Assembly (NCBI GenBank): GCA_013387215.1
Contig: WARW01000022.1
Coordinates: forward strand, 5,357-69,356
DNA from: Patescibacteria group bacterium
GTDB taxonomy: Bacteria > Patescibacteriota > Microgenomatia > UBA12405
DNA length: 64,000 nucleotides
Reading direction: 5' to 3'
Part shown: piece by piece, positions 38,845 through 48,787 of the stretch
How the letters are laid out: each line of letters starts with the position of its first letter
How positions within the stretch are numbered: the first letter of the stretch is position 1
The notes under the pieces: generated by a model
What the model was told of the DNA's origin: nothing
Seen by the model: the letters and a program-made list of their open reading frames with translations, nothing else
The model's database searches: none
Program-made: the position numbers and the translations under genes

Positions 38845-40510
38845 GAGGTTTTTTACTTGGTCTTGAGAGTATTATAGCCAATATTATGCTTAAAAGACTG
38901 ATAATATTTGCAGTTTTTCTTATAGGAGTGTCGGAAAATGATAGATTAATAGTATGTTTGCCTTGAGTTAGGTCAAATTGAATTAACCCAAGATCAGGCG
39001 TAGTTCTATAATTAGTTTTTACATTATCAATAGATAGAGTCCAATTGGGGAAATATACAACTGGCATAGTAATGGTTGAACTTTTGGCAGCAGTGATAAT
39101 AGCTGAAACATGATTACTTTGTTTTTTATAATCTAAAATAGTTATATTAGAATTATTTGAAGCTGTTGGCTTATCGGGCGCGTAAACATCTGGAACTTTA
39201 TTTCCTGTTTTTGGCCAATAATCTTTTAAACCCGCACCGCTTTGTTGTATTAGAGCCTGGCCAGATAATTTTTGCTGGTCAGTAAGATTAGGAAACCAAA
39301 TATCTTCTTTAAAATAACTAATATTTAAAATAATTGTTATTAGGCAAATGATGATTGTTAAATATGGAATAAATTTTTTATTCTTAAAAAGATAAACTGC
39401 TGATCCTCCAATAAAGGATAGTGAAAAAATTACACTAGCCAAGAATCTCCATGGGAATTGATAGTAAGCCATAAAAGGCAGTGCTTTCCAGATAAAAGTT
39501 GATTTTGAGTGGGTTAGAAATGTTGAAAAAATAAACACAGAAAAGAAAAACACAAAAATAACGGGGTTTATTTTTTTGTTTTTAAAGCGAGTAAAAACGA
39601 AAAATATTAACAATAATATGCCTAAGATCCAGTGGATGTGTCCAATCGAAAAAGACATGTCGTCTATTGGACCCCAAAGTGAAGCACCGTATCCCCAAAA
39701 CCTAGATATAAATAGTTCTGAAAGAGTGGCGAAATGAATAACATAATAAAAATAACCTTGAGTCATAGTATCAACAGTGACCAGATTTTTTTCAAATATT
39801 ACAGGAAGAGTAAAAAAAGCACTTATTCCAATACTAAGTAGTGTTGGAATAGATATGTTAATTATATTTTTTATATTTAATTTATTATTTTGCCAAAGCA
39901 AAATTAATGTATAAACTAACAAAATTGGGGCAAAAGTCAGACTGGTTAAGTTGTGGCTTAATAAAAGTGAAGCTAATAGTATTATGAATAACAACTTATG
40001 TTTATTTTTTGTGATTACTTGAGTTAATGCCCAAAATAAAAATGGAGTAATATTTAGAGCCAGTGATTCAGCAATTGCTCCTCTGACATAACTATCAACT
40101 GACTGATATGGAGCTAAAAGAAATAGAGTGGCGGAAATTATGCCTCCAAGTTTGCCCCAATAATGTTTTGCAAAAAAATACATGCCAAATATCCCTATGA
40201 TATGGCATAAAATAAAAACAATTTTTATACTATCAATATAGCTAAAGCTAATTAAATGAAAAACTTCAGCAATTGCGTAAGGAAGCGGTGAATAGTAATT
40301 ATAAAGAGGATAACCATAACCAAAACCTGCATCGGGGATATAACGACACGGAATTTGGAAATCATGTATACATTTATCAAATTGATTCAACCGAAATACT
40401 TGAATGTCGTCTTGCATGGATGGATATCCAGGCCTTAAAAGTCTGTAAAAAGATAATATGGAAAGGAGTATTAATACAATAGGAATGATTATTTTTGTAA
40501 TATATTTCAT
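38837..40510 (-). CDS. GT-C membrane protein, 6-pyruvoyl-tetrahydropterin-synthase-related/YfhO-like family
   Basis: MQDD, GYGYPLYNYYSP, YVRGAIAE, SHN and QFPWRFL; C-terminal YFPNW...GKHTI domain; paralogue of 61133..62869. Confidence 0.8.
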   Translation of the reverse strand: MKYITKIIIPIVLILLSILSFYRLLRPGYPSMQDDIQVFRLNQFDKCIHDFQIPCRYIPDAGFGYGYPLYNYYSPLPYAIAEVFHLISFSYIDSIKIVFILCHIIGIFGMYFFAKHYWGKLGGIISATLFLLAPYQSVDSYVRGAIAESLALNITPFLFWALTQVITKNKHKLLFIILLASLLLSHNLTSLTFAPILLVYTLILLWQNNKLNIKNIINISIPTLLSIGISAFFTLPVIFEKNLVTVDTMTQGYFYYVIHFATLSELFISRFWGYGASLWGPIDDMSFSIGHIHWILGILLLIFFVFTRFKNKKINPVIFVFFFSVFIFSTFLTHSKSTFIWKALPFMAYYQFPWRFLASVIFSLSFIGGSAVYLFKNKKFIPYLTIIICLITIILNISYFKEDIWFPNLTDQQKLSGQALIQQSGAGLKDYWPKTGNKVPDVYAPDKPTASNNSNITILDYKKQSNHVSAIITAAKSSTITMPVVYFPNWTLSIDNVKTNYRTTPDLGLIQFDLTQGKHTINLSFSDTPIRKTANIISLLSIILAIILSRPSKKPHE

Positions 40511-42258
40511 TGGTTATAGTTGAAGTTTAAAAGATAGAAGTTTTCTTGTTCAGTATATTTCTTTTTAACTTCGTCGATTTTTGAAATTGAAATAGTGTTT
40601 TTATGTGATTTATTATAGTCATCTAAACTATCTTTAAGTCTAATTATATCTTTTTGCGGGATAACAAAAAGATATTTAGGGGATGGTTGGGAATCTAGTA
40701 ATGGAGACCATTCAATATTACCAATATAATATTTATTTTCTGCTTGCATACCAGTAAAAAAGTTATTGTTGTCCCATTTAAAAGAATTGGCAGGTGAAAC
40801 ATTTTTGTCGTTTGGAATATATTCAGAATAATTTAAAAAGAAAGGCATGAATGGTTCATATGAATTACTATAGTAAATCCTTTGATATCGAGTACTGTTC
40901 GATAAAGACTTGATTACAGCTTCTTTCATACCTAAATGCCAATCACGAGCAGAAATATTTGGATAGTGAAAAAAATATTGATGAGTAAAGTTTAAAAAGC
41001 ATAAAAAATATATAAAAAAGATAAAAGATATGATTGATTTAGATTTTGTGTAAGAATATAACTCTTTGATTCCTAGCAAAGAAAAGAAGGTTAAAAACGG
41101 CAGCATTATTATTAAGCGTGTGCCATGCGGAAATAACGAATCTCTTGTTAAAGCAAATGGAATTGGGGCAAATAAAAGACAAGCGAAAAATAAAATAACG
41201 AATTTTTGAGTATCATTTTTTTTATTTTTAAAAACAGAACTTAGTCCTAATATTAGGAATAATAAATCTGGAAATAATAGATAACCGGAAGTTTGGAAAC
41301 CTTGTCTTAAATTACCATCGCCTTTTAAAAATAAAAATTCAGTGGAAAATGAGGAAAAATAATTATTTATAAACATTCCAGACCAAACGCTTAATTTGTT
41401 ATAGAAAAATTTTGAAGATAATGAAGGTTTTAAACCAATTTGGTCGTTTCCGACAATTTGGATGCTATCTTCTAGTCTGGAATAGTCGATGGTTTTAGAA
41501 ACTGTAGGATCAGAGAATATATTAATATAAGAAAATCTATAGCCAGCTCTTCCTCGAATGGTATCGATAAGAAATGGTAAAGAAATAATAAAAACAACTA
41601 GAATAGCGATTGATTTTGTTTTTATGGAAAGTGTATTAATTTTTTTAAACCAGAGAATATAAATACTTGCTGCTATAAAAATCAAGAATAATTTGGCAGT
41701 ACTATAAAAATATATTGATGAAATAAAAAATACACCAGAAAAAAGGATAAACCTTAATTTTTCATTATTAATAAATTTGATCCAAAAATAAAAACCGAGC
41801 AATATGGTAAAAAGCATTCCACTTACTTCAAAACCAGTTCGACTATAGTGAATTAACCAAGGTGACAGCGAAAATAAGAAAGCACCAATTAAAGCCCAAT
41901 TAATACTTTTAAAAATATTTTTAATAATAAAAAAGAAGACAAGAATTGTTAATGTTCCGTAAATTGCTGACGGTAATCTGGCTGAAAGATCTGTGTGGCC
42001 AATAAATTTTTGAGTGAGGGCTATTGAATATAAGTAGAAAGATGTCCGCCAGTCTGAAAAAGAATGAAAATGAATAGGTAGCCTGTTGCCAAAATAATCG
42101 GTTCCTTGATGGTTAAAAACAAATGCTTGATAACTTGCATCTGCTTCGTCAGAAAAAAGTGAAGGTGGATTATCCAATATTTTGTGGGTGTGGGTAAAAA
42201 GAGAAAAAGTTAAAATAAGACCAAGGATTAGGTAAGGTAAAAATGTTTTCAGTTTCAT
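40507..42258 (-). CDS. GT-C ArnT/PMT-like membrane glycosyltransferase
   Basis: LFSDEADASYQAF...GTDYFG, SARLPS, SPWLIHYSR, FLFLKGD and YEPF. Confidence 0.87.
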   Translation of the reverse strand: MKLKTFLPYLILGLILTFSLFTHTHKILDNPPSLFSDEADASYQAFVFNHQGTDYFGNRLPIHFHSFSDWRTSFYLYSIALTQKFIGHTDLSARLPSAIYGTLTILVFFFIIKNIFKSINWALIGAFLFSLSPWLIHYSRTGFEVSGMLFTILLGFYFWIKFINNEKLRFILFSGVFFISSIYFYSTAKLFLIFIAASIYILWFKKINTLSIKTKSIAILVVFIISLPFLIDTIRGRAGYRFSYINIFSDPTVSKTIDYSRLEDSIQIVGNDQIGLKPSLSSKFFYNKLSVWSGMFINNYFSSFSTEFLFLKGDGNLRQGFQTSGYLLFPDLLFLILGLSSVFKNKKNDTQKFVILFFACLLFAPIPFALTRDSLFPHGTRLIIMLPFLTFFSLLGIKELYSYTKSKSIISFIFFIYFLCFLNFTHQYFFHYPNISARDWHLGMKEAVIKSLSNSTRYQRIYYSNSYEPFMPFFLNYSEYIPNDKNVSPANSFKWDNNNFFTGMQAENKYYIGNIEWSPLLDSQPSPKYLFVIPQKDIIRLKDSLDDYNKSHKNTISISKIDEVKKKYTEQENFYLLNFNYNQ

Positions 42259-42314
42259 TTATGGATAATGTATTTTATACTATTAGAGTCACTTAATTAT
42301 TATTTAAGTGTTTA

Positions 42315-43622
42315 ATGGGATTTTCATATCCGCCAACAGAAGACCAGCTAAGAATAATCAGCCCGTTTTACACCTTATTAAGTAGCGATAATCTGCTTTG
42401 GATTCTAAGAATATTTTCTTTGCTGCTAGTAATTGCGTCCTTATATTTATGGTGGAAGTTATTAAATAGATTAATAAACAAAAGAATCGCTTTTATATCT
42501 GTCGTAATAATTTTAATATCTCCAACTATTTTTGTTTTATGGATGTTGCATCCGTTTGATTGCTTAAAATTTTTTTTGATAAGTATTTTTATTTCATTAG
42601 CAATGAGCATAAAGAAAAAGTGGATTTTATTTTCAATAATTGGAAGTTGTGTTTTAATTTTATTATCTTCAGTATTTACTAGTTCAGAAAGATCAAGCTT
42701 TTTACATAAATTAAGTTTAAGTGATGCACAAAGTGACGTTAATATTAGATTTGGAGCTGAGGATAAACTTACTGACCCTGTTGAAATTCTTTTAAGTTTA
42801 AAAAGAGTATCTTACAATAAATATTTTTTTTACTATAAGAACTTAATTAATGAAGTAATACCCTTCTTTGATCTGGAAACAATTTTTTATCAGGAAATTC
42901 ATCCACTTGAATCAAAATCAGTAGTTTTGTTTATTTGGCCAGAAATATTTTTATTTTTATTTGGTATTTATTTTTTGTATAGAAATAAGTACAAGAAACT
43001 TAGCCAATTTATTACCTTGATGTTTTTAATCTCTTTTTGGAACTATATATTTTGTCCAAATGAACCTTATCGCAAATTTGTGATGATATTGTTTCCAATT
43101 AGCATTTTGATTGCCTTAACTATAAATGAGGGCTTTAAGAGAAGTATTGGTTTTATGCAAAAAAGCATGTTTATAGCGACCTTTATAGTTTTAATGTATG
43201 GTATCGGAACAAATTATTATGATTTATTTAATAGAACTAGTTATTGGCTGGACAACAGGCCTCTTTTTTATGATTTTGTTTTTAAAACAATTTCAGAAAA
43301 AGGCGTCGATAATTATTCTAAAATTCAAGTTAGTTCATTAGTTGGAAAAACAGAAATGTATTGCAACTTTTATTTAAAAAAATGTGATACAGATAAGTTT
43401 GTGTTTAAATCTTTTGATTTAACTAAAGAAAAGTTGGAAGATAAAAAATTATATGCCGGATTTGTAGGTGAATTTATTGGCCCTGATTATAAGAATAATA
43501 TGAATAGCAATTGGAAGAATATGATTAGTGGGAATGAAATAAATATAATAAAAATTGATAATTTAAGAGACACAATTGCTTACAAATATGGAAATGAAAT
43601 AATTGTGGGAGAAAAAAGATAA
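42315..43622 (+). CDS. Divergent, N-terminally shortened GT-C paralogue (possibly inactive)
   Basis: Multi-TM protein; LRIFS and ISP match the paralogues' RLPS and SPW; YNKYFF loop. Lacks TM1 and the DE motif (PPTEDQ at the start); in-frame stop at 42294 upstream. Confidence 0.6.
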   Translation: MGFSYPPTEDQLRIISPFYTLLSSDNLLWILRIFSLLLVIASLYLWWKLLNRLINKRIAFISVVIILISPTIFVLWMLHPFDCLKFFLISIFISLAMSIKKKWILFSIIGSCVLILLSSVFTSSERSSFLHKLSLSDAQSDVNIRFGAEDKLTDPVEILLSLKRVSYNKYFFYYKNLINEVIPFFDLETIFYQEIHPLESKSVVLFIWPEIFLFLFGIYFLYRNKYKKLSQFITLMFLISFWNYIFCPNEPYRKFVMILFPISILIALTINEGFKRSIGFMQKSMFIATFIVLMYGIGTNYYDLFNRTSYWLDNRPLFYDFVFKTISEKGVDNYSKIQVSSLVGKTEMYCNFYLKKCDTDKFVFKSFDLTKEKLEDKKLYAGFVGEFIGPDYKNNMNSNWKNMISGNEINIIKIDNLRDTIAYKYGNEIIVGEKR

Positions 43623-43623
43623 T

Positions 43624-45330
43624 ATGAAAAAAAGATGGTATGGACTATTTATTATTTCAATAATTTTAATAGGATTTTTTCTTAGAGTTTATAAACTCGA
43701 CAAAACTCCCCCATCGGTTAATTTTGATGAAGCAGCGTTGGGATATAATGCATTTTCGATTTTAAAAACAGGAAAAGATGAATATGGTAACTTTTTACCT
43801 CTTTCGCTTAGATCTTTTAATGACTATAAGCCTGCATTGTATGCCTATTTATCTATTCCCTTTATTGCTGCAATGGGATTAAATGACGTTTCTATTAGGA
43901 TGGTATCTGCAATTGCTGGAACCGTATCTTTAATATTTTTATATTTCTTTTTAAAGTCTTTTATAAAAAACAAGTATTTACGAATATTTATTTTTATAAT
44001 TTTGTCTTTAGAGCCTTGGCGTTTACATTTTTCTAGAGTTGCATTTGAAGCTAATCTTTCTGCAAGTTTTTTTATTGCAGGAGCTTGGTATTTTTATAAA
44101 TATAGAAACTGGAAAATACAAAAAGCCAAAATATTGAAGTTTTTGTTGGTTTCAGTTTTATTTGCATTATCGGCTTATAGTTATCATTCAGCTAGAGTGG
44201 CGGTACCATTGTTTACAGTTTTTTGGGCGTTGGATCCTTTGCAAATTATTTTTGAAAAGAAACTATTTACATATATTAAATGGGTGTTTAGTAAAAGATT
44301 GTTTGCTTTATATCCTTTACTTTTATTTATACTTTTAATTTTACCGGTGTTCTTGACAACTCAAAGTACTTTGGTTTTAACTCGTTTTAAGCAAGAAAAT
44401 ATTTTTGATCGCTATTTTCCTTATGCTCCAAAAGAATTAATTGCAACAGATAATGCATGGCTCAACTGGCAGAGTAATCCAGTTTATTATTTTATGGGGC
44501 TAATTTCTGGACATGTATTAAGCTATTTTTCACCTATAAATACCGTTCAAAGAATTTTTCATTGGATAAGAGGATCAGTTCAGTATATTCCAGGATTTAG
44601 TATGTTTGGCTGGTTAGAAAGTATAATTTTTATTTTTGGTTTGGTTTATTTAATAAAAAATATAAAAAAATTAGAGAAATATCGATTTGTTTTATATTGG
44701 ATAATAGCTGGAGCTGCGCCAGCTGCAGTTACTTGGAATTGGTTTCATCCATTAAGATCTTTAAATATTTTTCCTGCTTTAGAAATTGTTATTGCAATTG
44801 GTTTTTTGAATTTATACAAATTTGCAAAAAATAATTTAACAAAGTTAACTAGATTGGCGCTATTTGGAGGCTTAAGTGTTGTTTTTGCACTGACAATAAT
44901 TTTTACTGTATGCAATGAATATAATTATAGTATTTCGGAAAATAACGGCGAGTATCAACCTGGAGGGTTCAAAGAAGGTATGCAAATATTAAAATCTATG
45001 CAAGATAATTATGATCAAGTTATTATAGATAGTCCACATGCTCAAAGTTATATTTTTCTTTTGTTTTATCAATCATTTCCCCCTGAAATAGTACAAAGAT
45101 ATGCGGGTATTAGACCCAAACCCGGTATTGAGGGCAATTTGGATTTTAATTTTGATAAATTTGTTTTTAAAAAGTTTGATTGGCCAGTTCAAAAAAATGA
45201 GCATAAAACCCTTATTTGGACTTCATCTGAAGTAAAAGAAGATGAAATAAAAAATACGCCAGGAGCAAAAATAATTTGGGTAAATAATGCAGTAATGGAA
45301 AAAGCAACGGCAATTATTTCTAAAGACTAA
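43624..45330 (+). CDS. GT-C ArnT/PMT-like membrane glycosyltransferase
   Basis: VNFDEAALGYNAFSILKTGKDEYG, NDYKPA, EPWRLHFSR and QSYIF. ATG 43624 is preferred (track: GTG 43603). Confidence 0.88.
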   Translation: MKKRWYGLFIISIILIGFFLRVYKLDKTPPSVNFDEAALGYNAFSILKTGKDEYGNFLPLSLRSFNDYKPALYAYLSIPFIAAMGLNDVSIRMVSAIAGTVSLIFLYFFLKSFIKNKYLRIFIFIILSLEPWRLHFSRVAFEANLSASFFIAGAWYFYKYRNWKIQKAKILKFLLVSVLFALSAYSYHSARVAVPLFTVFWALDPLQIIFEKKLFTYIKWVFSKRLFALYPLLLFILLILPVFLTTQSTLVLTRFKQENIFDRYFPYAPKELIATDNAWLNWQSNPVYYFMGLISGHVLSYFSPINTVQRIFHWIRGSVQYIPGFSMFGWLESIIFIFGLVYLIKNIKKLEKYRFVLYWIIAGAAPAAVTWNWFHPLRSLNIFPALEIVIAIGFLNLYKFAKNNLTKLTRLALFGGLSVVFALTIIFTVCNEYNYSISENNGEYQPGGFKEGMQILKSMQDNYDQVIIDSPHAQSYIFLLFYQSFPPEIVQRYAGIRPKPGIEGNLDFNFDKFVFKKFDWPVQKNEHKTLIWTSSEVKEDEIKNTPGAKIIWVNNAVMEKATAIISKD

Positions 45331-45928
45331 TTAAAAGAAGAATATTGAGAATTATCAGAATAATTATAAATAAAGAAACATGAACTAAATTTCTTTGATG
45401 AAAAAGATTGATTTGTTCCATTATTGTATTCTTAAATGAGCTTTTAATACTTCCTGATGTATATGTAGTCTTATAATCAATAGATTTATCTTTTAAGTTT
45501 CCATACACAAAAAGCGTGTCTGTTTTGGGATTGTCTGAAGTCAATTTTATAAAAAATTTATCACCAGATTTTGATGGAACAAATGGAAATTTAAAAGAAA
45601 TCCAGCTTGGATCGGCAATACTTACTCCTGATGTGGTTAATGATCTGATTATATTTTTGTTGTTATCAAGGAGTTCAATGTTGACATGGCTGGTATTTTG
45701 CAAAGCAGGATTTTTAAGAAGAACCGAAACCGTTTGCAAGTTACTTTTATCGGTTATTATTTCTTGGGTATAACTATTTTTAGTATCAAGTGAAAGAGTA
45801 TTTTGAAAACTTGTTTGAGAAATTCCAGGTCGTTCTTTAATAAATAATGAAGGAAGAATGACCAAAATAAAAATCAAGAATAGAGTTTCAGATACAATTA
45901 ATATTAATATTTTATTTTTCTTTTGCAT
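45320..45928 (-). CDS. Membrane-anchored protein: two TM helices flanking an extracytoplasmic beta-rich domain
   Basis: N- and C-terminal hydrophobic helices; central YTQEI...NLQTVSVLL...WISFKFP...FFIKLTS strand pattern; overlaps the GT87-like gene. Confidence 0.65.
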   Translation of the reverse strand: MQKKNKILILIVSETLFLIFILVILPSLFIKERPGISQTSFQNTLSLDTKNSYTQEIITDKSNLQTVSVLLKNPALQNTSHVNIELLDNNKNIIRSLTTSGVSIADPSWISFKFPFVPSKSGDKFFIKLTSDNPKTDTLFVYGNLKDKSIDYKTTYTSGSIKSSFKNTIMEQINLFHQRNLVHVSLFIIILIILNILLLISL

Positions 45929-47102
45929 ATAAAATTATTCCTAATATTCCAGATAAAAATAAAATACTATGAATGTTGTTTTGAATGTTTACAGGATCAA
46001 AGTGTGTTTTTAATTTAATTATTTGAAACGGTGAAGTAACTGATAAAAAATTTGGGTCAACTGGTATTAAATGACCCCAAAAAAGATAACTGTCGTTGAA
46101 CAATAAGATGTATACAAAAACTAATACAAAAAATAATGGCAAGAAAATATAGAATTTAGTTTGATTATTAAAAGTTACCAGTACAAATGGTAAAAACCAA
46201 AGTATCCATTGTGGGTGGAAATTAACCATACCAATAAAAATTAAGAAAATAAAGAAAATTGATTTTTCAAATTTAAGTTTAGATTTAGAAATAATAAAAT
46301 GTATGAATATTAAAATATAGAAAACAGGAAAAATAGGAATATTTTGAATTCTAAATTCAAGTAACTTTTGGGTTAATCCAGATCCTAAAAAGGCATCATA
46401 AAAACTTTTTTGAAATATGAATGGAATTAAAGAAATAACTAGCGGTGCAAGTGAAATTAAACCATTTTTAATAAATGATAAAACTTTTTCTTTTTTGTAA
46501 AACATAAGAAACGGTAGAAAAAGAATAGGGTAAATTTTTAGTGCAATTGCAATTCCAATGGAAAGATAAGCCCAATTGGTTTTCTCTTTTTTAAGTAGAT
46601 AAAATGAAAGAAAGGTTAAGAAAGTGGGAAGAATGTCAAAGTTTCCAAGTACATAAATTAAATATAGGGAAATAGGATTGAAATACCAAAGCATTAATAT
46701 TTTTTTGCTTTTGTATTGTTTATATAAAAACCATCCTAGACTGAGATCTAGCAAAAGATATGGAATTTTTAATAAAGTTATATAAAAAGGAATGTTAGGA
46801 TCGCTATTTTGATTTTCTCCCCAATTATTTATCCAAAGATTAAAATCTTTCCCTAAAAATGGTTTGGTTAAAGTTTGAGTTACGCCAAAAGTATAATAAG
46901 TCAGCGGCAAGTAGTTGAAAGTATCTTGATATGGTAAAGAACTTTTATTTTTAGCTACGTAATCATAGATGTTAAATATTCCTTTAGAAAAGAACTGAAA
47001 ATGAAAGTTTTGTGTTTTCATGTCAGGATGATAAAAGAATGGCATTATCAGGAACCTGACGATTATGGCGAGGATTAGTATACATTTTTCTGATTTAGAC
47101 AC
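45912..47102 (-). CDS. GT-C glycosyltransferase, GT87/PIG-M-like (DUF2029-type)
   Basis: HPD, FNYLPL, LKIP, FNPI, GNFD, KIYP and HPQWILWFLP; GTG start. Confidence 0.8.
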   Translation of the reverse strand: MSKSEKCILILAIIVRFLIMPFFYHPDMKTQNFHFQFFSKGIFNIYDYVAKNKSSLPYQDTFNYLPLTYYTFGVTQTLTKPFLGKDFNLWINNWGENQNSDPNIPFYITLLKIPYLLLDLSLGWFLYKQYKSKKILMLWYFNPISLYLIYVLGNFDILPTFLTFLSFYLLKKEKTNWAYLSIGIAIALKIYPILFLPFLMFYKKEKVLSFIKNGLISLAPLVISLIPFIFQKSFYDAFLGSGLTQKLLEFRIQNIPIFPVFYILIFIHFIISKSKLKFEKSIFFIFLIFIGMVNFHPQWILWFLPFVLVTFNNQTKFYIFLPLFFVLVFVYILLFNDSYLFWGHLIPVDPNFLSVTSPFQIIKLKTHFDPVNIQNNIHSILFLSGILGIILYAKEK

Positions 47103-47108
47103 TAATTG

Positions 47109-47130
47109 ATTTTACAGCAAATGGTAGAAT
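47109..47130. promoter_or_regulatory. Back-to-back divergent -10 boxes in a 35-bp gap
   Basis: Minus strand: TAAAAT (47109-47114) 6 nt before GTG 47102. Plus strand: TGgTAGAAT (47122-47130) 7 nt before ATG 47138. Confidence 0.55.
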
Positions 47131-47137
47131 AAGTTTA

Positions 47138-48787
47138 ATGTTGCGTAAAAACCTTATTTTGTTTTTAATCTTATTGTTGGCTATTTTTTTAAGATTTGTT
47201 CGGTTAGATTATTTGGAACTTTTTGGTGATGAAATAGATGCTGGGTATCAATCATATTCTTTAGCTGAAACAGGAAGTGATTACAAGGGAGATTTCCTTC
47301 CTTTGTATGCTCATAGCTTTTCTGAGTGGCGGGCTCCCTTGATGATGTACTCAATGATACCTTTTATTAAAATATTTGGTCTTAATGAATGGGGTGTAAG
47401 AAGCTATTCTGCTTTTTTTGGCATTTTAAGTATCTTGGGGTTTTATTTTTTACTAAGGAAAGTTGGTGTTAAAAAATCAGTAGCATTATTAACTAGTTTT
47501 ATGTTGACGATTGTTCCTTGGCACATTCAATATAGTCGATCAGCTTTTGAATTAACCTTATTATCTAGTTTAATTATTTGGGGTTTATATTTTTTAATTG
47601 ATTATTTAGAAAATAAAGGAAGCTGGAAAATACCAGTTAGCGCACTTTTATTATCATTGAGTTTCTATACTTATAATACTGCCAACGTTTATGTCCCGTT
47701 ATTAATTTTGGTGGCAGGTGTTGGTTATTTTATTAAATCAAAAAAAGTAGTATTTAAACCATTTTTAGTTTTATTGATGTTAATGTTTGTTTTGAGCCTT
47801 CCAGTGTTAATCCAAATTTTTACTGGACATGGAGCAGACAGATTCGAAAAGTTTTCTGTTTTTGGTGATAAAGATGCTTTAACAAAAATTAATAGTTATA
47901 GAAACGAAAGCAACAATTCTTTGTTGTCAAAAATATATTACAACAAACCAGTGTTTGCAGTTAAAAGCATTGCTTTTAATTATGCGAATGCTTTTAGTTC
48001 TGATTTTTTGTTTGGCAGAGGCGATGTTACATTTAGACATTCTTTGCATAATGTGGGAAATTTGTTTTGGATACAATTAGTTTTAATTGTTGTTGGATTA
48101 GGTTTATTTTTCAAAAAAAATAAAAAAACATTTGGCGATTATCTAATGATTGGATTTTTGTTGGTTTCCCCTATTCCTTCAAGTCTTACAGTGGATGGAG
48201 CCTATCACGCATCAAGGTTATTTTTAATGGTTTTTCCTTTAGCATATTTTTCTGCCGAAGGATTGGCTTTTATTTTTAGATTCAAAAAAATGTTTGGATT
48301 AATAGCTGTTTTGATTTTGGCCTTTGAGTTTTCATATTTTCAATATTATTATTGGAATTCTTATCGATCTGAATCATGGAGATGGTGGCATTTTGGTTAT
48401 AAACAAATTATGTTGAGTGAAGCAAATTATGACAGTCAATACAAAAAAGTTTTAATAGATAACACCTATGAACCATCTTTAATTAGATATTTGTTTTGGA
48501 ATAAAATAAGCCCAAAGAAAGTACTGGGTTTTGATGATAAAACAGTTTCTAAAAGTGTCGATGGTTATGATGGTTTTTGTTTTAATGGTAAAGCCTGTTT
48601 TGTTGATTTTAACGGCAGATTGTCTGGTGAAAAAATGGATAAAGATAGCCTTTATATTATTAATCAAGAAAAAAATGTTGGTGGAGATTGGGATTGGAGT
48701 AAAAATACACCTGATGGAATTAAAGTTTTAAGTGTAGTCAGAAACCCAAATAATGAACCATTATTTTATCTTGTTTGCAAGAAATAA
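47138..48787 (+). CDS. GT-C ArnT/PMT-like membrane glycosyltransferase
   Basis: LFGDEIDAGYQSYSLAETGSDYKG, SEWRAP, VPWHIQYSR, WHFGYKQ and YEPS. Confidence 0.88.
   Translation: MLRKNLILFLILLLAIFLRFVRLDYLELFGDEIDAGYQSYSLAETGSDYKGDFLPLYAHSFSEWRAPLMMYSMIPFIKIFGLNEWGVRSYSAFFGILSILGFYFLLRKVGVKKSVALLTSFMLTIVPWHIQYSRSAFELTLLSSLIIWGLYFLIDYLENKGSWKIPVSALLLSLSFYTYNTANVYVPLLILVAGVGYFIKSKKVVFKPFLVLLMLMFVLSLPVLIQIFTGHGADRFEKFSVFGDKDALTKINSYRNESNNSLLSKIYYNKPVFAVKSIAFNYANAFSSDFLFGRGDVTFRHSLHNVGNLFWIQLVLIVVGLGLFFKKNKKTFGDYLMIGFLLVSPIPSSLTVDGAYHASRLFLMVFPLAYFSAEGLAFIFRFKKMFGLIAVLILAFEFSYFQYYYWNSYRSESWRWWHFGYKQIMLSEANYDSQYKKVLIDNTYEPSLIRYLFWNKISPKKVLGFDDKTVSKSVDGYDGFCFNGKACFVDFNGRLSGEKMDKDSLYIINQEKNVGGDWDWSKNTPDGIKVLSVVRNPNNEPLFYLVCKK

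Noticed and set aside
5164-48121. A/T homopolymer runs of 8-9 nt (e.g. about 5164, 8963, 19465, 26663, 48113) as phase-variation tracts
   Set aside because: Expected in such AT-rich DNA; the ORFs containing them are in frame, and no long poly-G/C or short-unit tandem tracts were seen.
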